Positions 12,037 through 25,871 of a stretch of 64,000 nt of DNA are shown one piece after another. The notes beneath the pieces are model-generated. The model did no database searches. It worked only from the letters and a program-made list of their open reading frames with translations, and was not told the DNA's origin. Within the stretch, counting starts at the first letter, position 1; the number at the start of each line of letters is the position of its first letter. The translations under genes and the position numbers were made by a program. The stretch covers positions 121,644,001 to 121,708,000 of the forward strand of contig OX597817.1 in NCBI GenBank assembly GCA_951406725.2. Direction: 5' to 3'. This DNA is from Octopus vulgaris. Lineage: Eukaryota.

Positions 12037-15000
12037 AATATTATTTCATAAGGTGACGTTAAAAGCGTGTGTTGATACATGTTTTTGCATGTGAATTAAA
12101 ACATTGCGAAGACACTTTAGCCTCGTGTTGAAAATAAACACTTGTAATTTGTCAGTCATTAAAATAGCTATTCATTTGTTTTACTACTTTTACGTCTTTA
12201 TTCATTCAAATAAACATGCTCTTTGTATAGACATAGCGAACAAAGCACTTAACATCTTGTAGAGCGAAACATAACAGCCTTGAATACAGCATGACTTCCG
12301 AGCAATTTCTAGAGACAAAAAAAAATGATTAATTTTTTTCCAGGTTTTCTTTTTCATATTGTTTATTTCTCTTTAAGCTTTACAAAACGTCGAATAATAT
12401 TGTCATGTAACTCGAATAAATATCAAACGTAAAACGATTGAAATTAAATCAGCACGGTAATAATTTTACAAATGAATGATAATTGCTCACTATTTTATCA
12501 TTTAGTGATGAAGTACAGATCGCATTATGTTATTTTCCAATTCATTTGTAACTATATCATGAAAACAGGGGAGGTCTATTATGTATTCCACCTGATCATT
12601 TTCTCTTGCATTGTCCACCGAATCTTTATTCACTAAAACTTTGAATCAATGTATTCATTTCATGTAAAGCAAAAACAATAATGTAATAAAGTAATCCAGT
12701 GCTAATTTATTGGCAATTAACCTCTCTGTGAGTTACTGTTCCGCTTATAATCTTTCCGGATTCGACAAATTAAGAAGGATTCAGAAGGAAATATTTCCGA
12801 TAGTTAGAAATACACATTCTCAGTAATGATTAATGTAACAAGCATTTTGACATCAACCATGAGAAATGTTGAAACGTTGCATCGACGCAAATGTCGCCTT
12901 TTGATAATCAATGCACGTTTATTATTTTTTTTTTTGCACTAATAATCAAAATAATAATGCAAAGCGAATGCGATCATTCATTTGCATGAACGAAACTCAC
13001 TCTGTTCATTCTGGGTTAGAAAGGTCTACATGACTGAATTTTTATCGTATACCTTATTTCCAAATTTTGAAAGTACACACAGTACACCTGAAGTTTGACC
13101 GAAAAATTTGGTAACATAAGTAAATATTAAGAGATAGGCCCAGCGCTTTTACATTCTTTCTCAAAATGTTTTTTGTTTCTGGTGTAGCGACTTATAAACC
13201 GTTATAATTACTTACAATCTGCGTTCTTTTATTTTAGGAAGAAAAACATTTCGTAATCAATTATTAATCTCGATAAAATAATTAATATTAAATATAAAGT
13301 CACAACTAAACTGCTGACTGAGCACCTTCCCGTCGAGGCGTACAGATGTTAATTGCAAACAATAAACTCGCATGGGTATATATTTTGGAGTATTCTGTTA
13401 CTTTTACTTATATGTCTTCCGTGAACCTTCTATATAGTAGGTAGAATTGGTAAATTTTAACTACATATTTGACTCTGGGATTTCAAAGTAAATACTACCG
13501 CGGTTGACGCTTTCTGTCCGTCGTACAGCTTGACATCAACTTCGATTAAGTTGAACGGTAACATACTCTCCCATTATTTTTACTCTAACATAGTGTCTAC
13601 AGGATCGTATTGTACGATATATTCCTTTGTTTTGCAGTAGGATAGCATACGATGCAAGAAAAAGGAGAGGAATGTAATAAATGGTAATACTTTGGCTCAT
13701 ATATATATCGCAGTAACAGAGACATTAATTTGATTACATCGCGAATACCGCAGTATTTCTACGTTTGGAATTATACTCAATCAAAATAAATCATTGTTAT
13801 TAAGTTGCTGGTCTAAATGTCAAATTAGTTAATTAAAATTATATCTTTTCTGTCAAAAGTATAATGAAATGTATTTCTTAGATTTCCTTTTAAGCTGCTG
13901 GAAATTTGCTTCTTGGATGTGAAAGTATTTTTTAAGTTATCAATTAATAAATAACATAATCATATCAACAGCAGTATAGAGATCTGAATAGATATTAGCA
14001 TGATTTCCTATCTCAACAGCATATTTGAACCAAATTGCATTTCCCAGTGGACATATCAAATCCAGAATAAATTACATTTGTAACGAAAAATTGAAAACAG
14101 AATTTGTACAGCTAAATTGGGGATTACATACATTCTTTCGAAATGCATATTGATACCTGAATTTCAGTACAACTGTGCCATCACTAAAATCGCAAAGCCA
14201 GCGGTCATAATCTCATCTGAATTTTTAATCTCATTAAAATTTATTTTCAATAAAAAAGAACTAATATTGGTTATATTTTGTCATTAATGAATATATATAT
14301 ATATATTTCATTAATTGAAATCATAACATGTGGACATAGATATAGTTTAGTGTTTAAGAAGTACAATTTGCAGCGCCACAGTACGGTTTCTTCTAAGTAG
14401 TATATAAAGCAGCCGATTCCTTCAATCATCTCGCGATGGCTAGTATCTTGTTAGATGAATTTTATTGGCAGAGAATGTTCGGTCGCCCATCATATACAAG
14501 TTTAATAGTGTATATATTTACAAGGATGCAAAATTCAGTATTGTTTACGATGCGTTCTTTTATGTTCTATAACTTAGTGGTTGTACAAATAGAGGTCGGT
14601 AATATAAGTACCAGACAAAAGTATAGGGTGAAAAAGTTTGATTAAATCCTTGAATCCATGATCGTGTTAAATGGCTGAAATCATGAGCAGAACATTCGTT
14701 TCTACAAATAACACGTTTATTTTGTAGTCGCAAATTCAATTCTGCAATGGATTTTCCTTTAGAAATTTAGAAGCGTGATAGTTGATTTTTAATTTTAGTT
14801 TACAATAATAAAGGAATGAGGCCCTGTTTTATTTCCCTGTGGGTTTCACATGCTATAAAGTAGCGTCACGAGAACGTACGGATATATATCTGATCCGTGG
14901 ATCATCTCAGATCATCGACGTCCCTATAACTTAATTATTTGACGATTAATGATGTATTTTCTTATTTAAGTATTTAATACGAAGTGATTTGATTTATAAT

Positions 15001-16797
15001 CTATCAATTTAAATTAAATATCGGGAAAATGTGATGAATGATAAAAGCTTCTTACAAGAGTTCATTATTCAGTGCATCGTATAATCGACAAAATACTTAA
15101 CTATCACTAATTCGCTATAACTTTCTGTACATTGGTAAATGACGGTAGCATTTATCGGTGTCTGTGACGAAACGCTGTAAATGGCGAGTGATTTGTTCTC
15201 TAAACTTGAGTTAATAATATAAAATGCACATGTTTTTTCTGCAGTTTGAACTCGAAACCTTGCAAAATTATAGTATGGAAAATAATCATCGCTTTGCGTA
15301 TGCAACTTCAGAAAAGTCAGGCACTCTTGGAGAAAGAAATAAACAGGAATAGTTTGATTTACGTCGTCAACATGTTATGTCTTATTCTCAAACACGATAA
15401 TTATATCCTTTAAAATTTTACTCCAGTATTTTTTTTTATGTTATCAAAGCAAGTAATACAAGAATTTTACATTAAATATACAGATGTTTTATACGAGGAA
15501 AAGCTTGTGTTGTTTTCTGTTACTTGTGAATTAATAGTTTATCGAAATAAATTGTTACATTAGAAGTGATCTTCGGCCGTTGCAAATATATAGAAAATAA
15601 TTTAGTGTGCACAGCAGATGAAGTTGTTAATAGTTGAATCTTCTGTCTTAATTCATTTTTTGTGTAATTTTGTTAAACTAAAAGAAAATCCATCATTCGA
15701 TTAAGCAGTCGTTGAATTTGATGTAGAAAAAGAAAATACAAATCTTATCATTTAACATATACTTTTTTCTAACGACAGCTGTTCAATGAATTCCAACCCT
15801 CCTCATCAAGCGCCCATAATGCCCTGGTCAATGAGATTAGCTTGGTAAATCCAAAACAGATGGAGCAAACTCAAGTAAAAAAGATTCGATGTTTTAGAAC
15901 GTCACTGCAGTGAGAAGAAGAACGAAAGTGTGTAACAAGATCGTTTTTTAGATATGTCCACATCAACGATTTCTGTTTACATTTAGCTTATGAATTCAAG
16001 TGAAAAAAGAAAAAAAATATGGTTCGGAGATTAAAAAGACAGATATGTTTACTTTGACAAATCAAACTTGAATCATTAAATTCTGTGTCTATATTTATTT
16101 GTTATGTATATATGTAGCTAGATACAGATGTTTATTACATGATTATTTAACGAATAATTCTTTTTGTTGTTAAAGCATATATATTTGTATACATGTATCT
16201 GTATACACACATGTATGTGTGTATGTGAATATATGTATGTATATATGTATGTATGTATACATGTATATTCATAAACTTATATGAATGCCGTTTATCTATG
16301 TATTCATATGCTTCTCTTTACGTGTGTGAATTTGTAAAGGAATATGTCCACCTATAAAATACATTTTTCTCTACAGCTTATGCAACAATATGCATTTGCA
16401 TGTTTGAGAAATTCTTATATAATAATTACTCATTTGTATTTTAACTTCTATCATTATATAAAATACACGCAATATAAAACAGCTGCAGCAGTAAAGTTGA
16501 CTCATGATATCGCAATAAATGCAGTGCAGTTAATTCTTGAATTCGAAAAGCCTATGCGGTGCCTTTCAGCTTTAAATTTTTTTGTGATTTATGACATATC
16601 ATCCAAAGTCTAGAGAACTTGGTTTCCCATTCCTCTTCCATTTTAATCAGAGACTATCTAGTACAGAATCTAATAACAGCCAGCTACAAGTACTCTCGAA
16701 ACAGATGTCTATCGTGTTTCGCCAGTCAGGGAGACTACAATTCTAAATTGGAACTTTCCTTAATGTGAAGCAGTTACTTAAAATGCACGTAATGCAA

Positions 16798-17181
16798 TAC
16801 ATAAAATTAACAACCATCGTACAAACAATAACTCTGAGCACCTTTTCAAACTCCACCCATCTAACACCCGTGGACATATTTACAAAGTAAGAAAACAGCA
16901 CAGCTCCCATGACTTTCGGAAACATTTTTTCACGCTAAGAGTTGCTGAAGTATAGAACAAACAGCTGGAATCAGTTGTCAGTTTTCGGAGCACTGCATCC
17001 TTCAAAACGTCCATGCTTCCTGAGATTCGCCAACACTACACCTGATCCTCCCCTCCATACACACACAAGCATTATCTGACTCATACATTGTTCGCTTTCC
17101 AGACATTTCTACATTACTGCATGTACTTTATATGCACTTTCTGACAAGTTGTGGTGCACCTGAGCACTGTATACAATAATT

Positions 17182-17248
<67 letters not shown>
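16798..17248 (+). mobile_element. CR1-like LINE 3' end with (ATT)n tail
   Basis: Translation HLFKLHPSNTRGHIYKVRKQHSSHDFRKHFFTLRVAEV*NK..ESVV...TASFK matches the CR1 ORF2 C-terminus. 3' UTR then (ATT)n at 17184-17248. Confidence 0.88.
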
Positions 17249-17250
<2 letters not shown>

Positions 17251-20200
17251 GTGTCAGATGTAAATAGATATGATCTTCAGTTATTTTGGTATATTATTTC
17301 TCTTTCCTTTCACTCTATATTTCTTTACATTTACTTCCTATTACTCAATTCCTCAAACCATTACCATGTTTTCGAAACCCCTCTTATTTTGCGTACAAAC
17401 TTATCCTAACACACTGATCTCGATCGTCTCAACATATCAAAAGTAGAATTTCCATTTCCATTGTCAAACCGTTCATCTAACCGTCTTTTAACGTATCCAT
17501 GTCTAATCTAAAACTTGATTATACAATGCTCTTGGTAGCTTTCTTGCCATTTAACTCAGACCGTTCATCGGTTAGACATTATATACTTTATTCATTACCT
17601 TTAGACTGTCCGATTAGTAAAGAGTCAACGTAAGAGCACCTTTAGAATAATTACATCAAACTAGAGGTTTTTGCACACCAAAACACAAGTACAAGATGAC
17701 TACCAGAATTAAGTATACTTTTGGGCAGCATCGAACATCGCGTAAGCTCTCTCACGTCCCACATTTTTTTTTAATGTCTTCTATTCCTAGCAAGCGGGAT
17801 CTATATTAACTTCCCAGAATCAACGTTACCAACAACCAAAGTAACAATATTTGATATATATTAAATATATCTAAGTATTGATCTGTATTAAAATTCTTAC
17901 AAACGAAACCACAACGTTTGCTTCTTGACTCTACACCACAGTAAACATTACCATGTTTCTCACTTTTGATATGGCCAGCGTCACCACTACATGCTAAAAG
18001 TTGCCAAATATAAAGGATTCTCCAATCAATGCAGAAGGTAACGCGTTGCTTTAACGAAATTTGTTTCAATAATCTGCAGGAATTGCATCCAACTCCAATC
18101 CCAATCAAATTATTTCCAAAACCTTAAAGCTTCCTCCTTCAAATGCAATATACTTTAATCTATAGAACTATACAACAGTGTACTAACCCACAGAACATTA
18201 TTTCTTTTGGCCGAAATATATATCCCTATAATCCTTAAAAACCATAAACCTCCTCTTTTATTATCAGGCAGGAAGATATATGCTATTCCATCTTCTTCCA
18301 GGTTTTCTACATGCATCGGTGTACATCTAAGTCTTCTGCAACATTACTAGTCTAAATGTATCGCTTACCTTTCAGACATTATTTCTTTCACTAAATAATA
18401 AAAAAAATATGTCGCTTTTGGTAGATATATATTTGCAGCAATGAGATAATGGCAATATGTCTGGTGTCTATTAGGTGACAGCCGTGTATGATTTGTTACG
18501 CATAACGTGTTTTTTTCTTAAATATTTAACAAAAAATACGTGTAATACATTACTTAACTGTCATTATCATAAATTTCTTGCAATTTTAAGCATAACTCAC
18601 ATCGTCTGCAGGCATTGACGTAATTTCGGAACTATTTAGTTTGGTAAAAGTCCGGAAATTTCTGATCTGAATAATATTTCAGTGATACGTAATTGCTATT
18701 TAGAACTTGAAAGGCTTTCCGATTCTTACAAGTAAAAAGAACCAGAACTCACTTTTGGTTTCTGATTTTATCTGAGACGCATTCAGTATTTATTGGTTGA
18801 TTTGCCTACTTATATCTTAGTGCTATTAATTTGAGCATAGCAATCGAATACTAGCTATACCTGTTCTGTATTTCCGTGGATAGATTTGGATGCCTTATTT
18901 TGACAGGCCAAGGACACCTTTCAACAATTTGGATCGCTTTAAATCTGTGTAAAGCTAATGCCCATGTCTTCCCCTACTTCACCATTCCTTTTAATCTACT
19001 CAGTATTTTTCGCTGTTTAACAAAGTTTGTATCATGATTTAACACAAGCACAAGCAAGTGTTGTTGCATGCAACGTTGTTTTGAATAAAAATTGATAAGC
19101 CATTCGTAGACAATATTCTCATATATCGTCTCTCGCGAAAGTATCACCCATAAAAATAAAAGTATTATCACTTTTGATTAATCCCAACCATTCTCTTGTA
19201 AATGACCTTAGTCAAGTTATACACTGTTTATGTTTTCCTTAATATATAGTTTTCATAAATCTGCTATATGAGGGAAGGGATAAATTGAATCAAATCTTGA
19301 GTTACAAAATAATTGTCACCTGATTCCTTACACTCTTTCATCAATGATTCTGCCAGGCTAAATACAGGTTTGTTAAGCATAATTCATGTGATTTCCATAT
19401 GCACTCTTATATAAGTCAATAAAAAGAAACACGATGTACATGTTCTTTGTGTAAACTCACATAAACTTTTAAAATATTGCTTGCTATGATGTATGAGCTC
19501 AGATACCGACAAAATCGGAAATATTCAGTCAGAAATTGGGAAATACTGGAAATATATAACTATATTCTTGGGATGTAATTATATACACTAATTAATTTCA
19601 GGTACATATATTTAATGAGATGAAGATCTGATTAACCTAGAATTCTGAAATGCTATATCCTTCATTATAACAAATAAATTATTTATATTCTATGTATATT
19701 AAGTTGTACGTGAGATGAGCGCCATCGTGTGTAAATCTCATACAAAGTCGTGTTTTAATGATTTCTTAACAGTTTGAAATACTGGTCAATCGAGTAAATC
19801 ATAGTGATGAAAGAATGAGATTGAGGGAGTGCACCATTGATTTCGGATTATATTCTAATTAGAGTAAGTGTTTAATACTAATTTAAAGTTACGGAATAAT
19901 ATTTCAAGGATATCCAACTACGTGACAATCGCATTCATCGTTAAATTCGCTGAATTAGAAGAGAAATGATGCATGTATATGTACGTGAACGCATGGATAT
20001 ACCAAACCAAGAATATACAAAAGATTGTTTGAATGTTCCAGCGTCTATTAGGTAGACTCCAAATGAAGATGATTGTTGCCTATTCCCAAATGAAAAACAA
20101 AACAGTGATAGTTCTATTATGTGTTTTATGATGCAGAATAACAAACTGAGCTGGCAACAATTACAACGATATATCTGTTGGTCAGGTATTAAAATGCCAA

Positions 20201-21007
20201 CTAAGGGAATATATATTTAAAGTAATGCTTAATTCAAATGTATTTCCACTTCAGTTTAAACGTAAACTGTTCTTGGTTTGTTTTCTTTTAATTAGTAATT
20301 TAACTTAGTCACGCTTACACAAGCAATATTTCTATTATTATTACCTAGTCCCAGGACAGTCCTCGGTGAGAGGTGACCTATTATAGAAATATCGGATTTC
20401 TAGATACATTCCATTTAAGACATCAACCATGAATGTGAACAAAATCACATGTTTTTTAAAAAATAAGATAGTGTGAATCAAGGTACTATCATCTGCTATT
20501 TCCAATGGTTTCATGCTCCACGCAGAAACAATTCTATTGTCATTTTCATGGCACAGGCCCTTTTTTTCCTTTTTTGCTAACCAAAAATGAAAGATGGCGA
20601 TTTTGAGGAAAAACAAACTCCCGTTGACCTTCTGATAAATTTTATCCATACATGAATTAATCACTATATATCAGTTAATGATTATATAGATTTCTGTAAC
20701 ATTTATTGTATGTCTTTCTTTAAGCATCGTTAGATCGACTAACAACTGATGATGAATTTCTTCACGAAAGTTGATTGCTTGTCCTGAACTTCCATGTGCG
20801 AATAAAATCTGCTTTTTCGTTGCACCACGTTCCGGTACTTTTCTAAAGCCTTTATTTTATAGTCCATTAAATACAGACAACTTTCCTAACGTCTGATTGG
20901 TATTCATAACGGAACAAGCCGGACGCTGCTATCTGTTCTGTCATACATTCTATTAATTCCGTCAATTGACCCCCATGTACTATGTACTAGATTCTTCCTC
21001 ATATCAA

Positions 21008-21185
21008 GGCATAGCTGTGTGGTAAGAGGTTTGCTTCCCAACCATATAGTTCCGGGCTGTGGTCCACTGCGTGGCTTCTTCGACAGGTATATTCTTCTAT
21101 CCCGGGGTCAGACTAGGCCTTGCGCATGAATTTGGTAAACGGAAATTGAAAGACGTGCGTCTTGTGTGTGTTTGTTTGTGTTTGT

Positions 21186-21263
<78 letters not shown>

Positions 21264-21486
21264 TTATATACATATATGTACCTGTGTGTCTTTCTGTTTG
21301 TGCTTGTTTCCCACCATTGCTTCATAACCAGCGTTGATTTGTTTACCTCCCTATAAATTAACAATTCTACAAAACAAGACACCAAGCTTTCAAAACACAA
21401 GTACTGGGGTAAACTTCTTCAACTAATTCCTTCAAGGTGTCTGAGCATGGCCGCAGTCCAAAGAGTGAAACAAGTTAAAAATAAAA
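21008..21486 (+). mobile_element. tRNA-derived (CORE-like) SINE with internal TC/TA microsatellite
   Basis: Head GGCATAGCTGTGTGGTAAGAGGTTTGCTTCCCAACCA and tail GCATGGCCGCAGTCC..TGAAACAAG-A-rich. The tail recurs at 33938-33995 and 49980-50200. Confidence 0.8.
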
Positions 21487-21687
21487 CGATTAATTGTCTA
21501 TTTATCTTCCATCACTAAATGTATTAAAAGTGGTTGTTGCATATATTTAATGGAGAATTATCAATTCGAAATTACGAGTCATACTTTATTTAGAAAGATG
21601 TTTTTTTGTTGCCCTACCTTCCGGTACTTTTTTTAAAGCCTCCATTAAATAGTCCATATGTATTATTGAGGGCACATACACATCCTA

Positions 21688-22051
21688 TGTGTTCTGCTTG
21701 TTCGTAAGTTCGCTACGAATAGCGCTATGGGGTCGACTTCCTCATAGTACTGGATGTTAAAGCACCTGAAACACATTGACAGGAGAGACAACTCATCTGC
21801 AATCCCATTCAGTAGTGATGGATAACGATATTTTTGAGGCTTATCAATATCATGTACCTATATCGAACAGGAGATGAACCGAAATACCAGTCTATGACTA
21901 TATACAGGTAGCATATGAACCACTTTCTGGTATGTCCCGATGGGGTTGAAGGCGAATTTTCTCGTCTGTCTGTGTTTTAACACCGAGTCTATGAGGGAGT
22001 CATCAACAAAGCGCTATGCTGTAGCGAATCTGCAAACAAGCAAAATACACA
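21688..22051. repeat. Diverged inverted repeat (about 115-120 bp arms, about 130 bp spacer)
   Basis: 21688-21808 is a degenerate reverse complement of 21940-22051 (TGCTTGTT..TTCGCTAC..ATAGCGCT..GACT.CCTCATAG). Confidence 0.7.
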
Positions 22052-22723
22052 TTTAGTGTTTGCGGTCGATGTTTCAACCCATGCTTTTAATTCGTAATTG
22101 AATTTAATCTTACATATGTATCTTTGTGGTGGCATACCCGTAAAAGGTTCTTACACAATTTGTATGTGAATATAAGGGGTTGAATTGGTGTGCAAACACA
22201 CAAATACATTGTGCATATATATATGCACAATGTATGTGTGTTTGTGTCTGTGCTTGAATATACACGTATCGAAAGCATAAAATATATATAACTATATAAT
22301 ATGTTTTTGTACAATGTTCAATATAAAAATAATCATACAAATAATTCATATAATAGAGATGATAAAAATTAAGATACACATATATGAGTGCCGTCTTAAT
22401 TTGCAAATATTCTTCGGATAATATCTGCCATTTACTCTCTACATTAAAACGCCCCCCCCCCCATTTGGCGGGTAGTAAATGATGGCCTGTCATTATCTTC
22501 CTCTGGGTCCAGCTCTAATCCTCCTATTATTAACATTACCCACCAAGATCCCCTCCAAGCTACGTTCTCCAAACTCCGGATAGCTGTCTTCCTCTTCCGT
22601 CCTACCACTTCCAGACCTGTCAGTAATGATCCCACAAACTGTGTCCGGATAAGCCTAGATCTAACCGAAAGTGTATATTGTATAACGTATAGTATGGTAT
22701 ACATAATGTATCATACATATCCA

Positions 22724-22784
<61 letters not shown>

Positions 22785-22787
<3 letters not shown>

Positions 22788-23110
22788 TGGAACAAGAACG
22801 TAACTGGCGACAACAAAATATTCGGACAGTTAGAGGATACGAAAAGGGTCAGGAAAAAACAAGGACGGGTCATTCGGAGCTTTCAATCTTCAGTCAAATA
22901 CCTGATTGTCTTTGCGGTTTCGGCTGGTAACTCTCAAGACTGCTCTAATCTGGCAGGTCCCAAGAAAATCTAAGCTAAGAGCACTAGATTCTTTGGAAGA
23001 AAGCAAGCGAATGTATAAAAAAACAGGGACGAAAAAAAACGAAGAAATGGTACACAATTACAAATACAAACAACCGGACATTAATAACAGGCGTCTTTCG
23101 ACTTAGGACG
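22785..23110 (-). mobile_element. PLE-type non-autonomous repeat, same family as the 39323 fold-back
   Basis: Shares CAAGAACG..TTAGA..GATAC..GGACGGG.CATTCG.AGC.TTC.ATCTTCAGTCAA with 39362-39435. Confidence 0.6.
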
Positions 23111-23540
23111 AATTATATTAATCTGGCGTGTGTGAAAGTGAAAACTTGCAGCAGGAACATAGAAGATGAAAGTCATGGGAAGGAATATAAGAGATGCTAC
23201 GCGGATGGTAGTCGTATCAAGAAAGAAAGGTCAGGCTTGACCGAACATGGAGCACGTGGAAGGAGAGGAGAGAGGTAATGGGTAGAGAGATTGAAGAATT
23301 AGGGAGGGACGAGAGAGAAAAACAGGAAAGGGATAGAATGGGGTAAAGGCGGAGGGAAAGTGATGAGGATGTATATATGTATGTATAAATATATACGCAC
23401 ACAAGTAAGTACATATATATTATACACACACGTATATTATGAAAATAAATATACCTAGAGCTTATACATATATTTAGGTACAATAATACATATACATACA
23501 TATACCTATACATACACACGCACACACACACACACACACG

Positions 23541-23582
<42 letters not shown>

Positions 23583-25792
23583 GTTTTTTAGCTTGTGTAT
23601 ATATACATTATGCTTGCTTAGAAATTTCACTGCCATAAACCGATGCAGAGATACTTGTTTGTGTAGGCTGATGGTTTGAGAGATAGATACTTCCTTCGCA
23701 ATTTCATAGAATTATTGTAAAAATAGGTGATTTTCACATTATTATATTCTTAAATGTCTGATACACAACATTCTTTCATATGTAGGGTTGATTTTATCGG
23801 CTTCCATAATATTAAATGGAGTATTAAGCAAAATAAGAAGACGCTCGTGATTTCTAGTTTCATTTCCGTATGGTGTTAAAGATAATATTCTATATAAAGG
23901 AAAAACAAGATTGGGTTGAAAGAAGTGCTTTGAATTCTGATACAAATATTAATTTGAGAAACACCTTCTGTTTCTAAATCTCCATCTATATTTCTTTATC
24001 TATTATTGATGCGCATTTATGGCATTAATACGATGTTTAATAGAAATCCTGTTTCATTCGTAATATCTTTCAAAAATTGTACTGGCATTGCTATCAAAAT
24101 GATTTCCGTTGAAATATCTTTTTATACTTGTCTTTCCGTTTTCTCAGGTTTTTCTGTGTATATACATGACATTTGTTAGAAATCTTAGTTAATAAAAAAA
24201 TATCTTTACTACTTTAAAAATACAATCTATATATTCTCATACTTATTCGTATTTAAGATAAGATAGTATTACAATAGTTTAAGTTTTATTATTTTTATGT
24301 CCTGCATAATTCACTTTGCAACCATAATTCTATCAGATTTGATCAGCAAACGAATATTCACAAGAGAATTCACACAGAAGATAATTTAATAGTTTATAGT
24401 AGAAAAAACTAAAAGTTGCGTTATTTAAAGTGTTCCACTGTTATTCAACACTAATTTATTTTTAATTTTGAAATACATTTAGCTTTCCATATAACTTCAT
24501 CGTGTTTTACTGACCACATGAAGTGTAGATATCAATGTCTATATGTTCTTGCACATATGTGTTTAGTAGAATTCATTTTCACACGTGTACTGAGCATAAA
24601 CATTTGGTAATAAATTCATTATAATTCATTTTTTCATAGTAACTATGAATAGAAATTTCATATTAAATTTATCCTACGTCTGATTTAATAATGCCATACT
24701 TAATGATTTATATTTACCTACATATTTTAAAGTCAATTTTCAAAGCGCACTTACTAGCAAAATTACATTAAGTGGACGTAAAATTCAACAATATTATTAT
24801 TACATGTCAGCCAATACAGTATACGAAACTATTCCTTGAATTAAGTAATGTTGTGGTTATCATTATTAAAGGCTATTGAGATGGTCTTTAAGTAGTAGCT
24901 TGACCGACTGGAAATAGCAGATATATTTCGAAACGATGACATACTCGACTCTTATAAAAGGCAGAGCACACTGGATAATGCAAAACATAAACATATTAGA
25001 CCAGAATAAGAATGGAGATCAAGTCTGCAAAAGTTTACCTGTTCGATCGAAGATGGAGGAATGTCGTAAAATGTTGTAGGTTGAATACAATTTGCTTCTT
25101 GTTTCTTTTTTTGTTTCGTTATTATTCAATTATTTTTTCTAATTCTGCTTAAACTGATTTTGGATTACGTTGATAGTCTTGAGAAAAGGAAGGCCAATTC
25201 TGTACTCAAATAAATTAACTAAAACTACAACATATCTACAATAGTTAATATTAGGCTTAAACCAAAATATATTCTGTATGGGAGTACGTGATAAACGAAG
25301 ATGCCAAAAGTAGCATGCCAAACTAGATGTTTCGTTTTAAATAGTTTCAAAAATTACCATTTCAAGTAGCCCATTTGAAAACCATCAAATGAGCATTCTA
25401 AATACGGAACTACGATGTGAACACTGAGCCTTCTTGAAATATCAAATAAAGCTACCTTAAACAACATCGCATCGTTTCAGGGAAAAATGCACACATTAAA
25501 TAATTGATTAGTTCACAAACACACACAGTATATTATGTTTTGTTTGAATATTTATATTTATATTCGTACCAACTACCTGCATCGTATTTGTTTTAGTCAC
25601 TGTCATCAAATTTTGCTCATTATTCCCACCAACTTCTTGCTATTGGCACCACCAAAAATGAACGACATTATGGTTAAAGGCGGGCAATCGTAAAAGATAT
25701 TTTGGGACGATAACTGACGAGGAAAAAGCATGTCAATGTCTTGTGTGTGAATTTTCCGTCCGTTCCATTTTCGTAATTTTGTTTAAGTTTTG

Positions 25793-25796
<4 letters not shown>

Positions 25797-25866
<70 letters not shown>
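25797..25866. repeat. (TC)n microsatellite
   Basis: About 70 bp pure TC run. Confidence 0.97.

Positions 25867-25871
<5 letters not shown>

Noticed and set aside
20341-20664. 107-aa minus-strand ORF
   Set aside because: No recognisable domain; length is compatible with chance.
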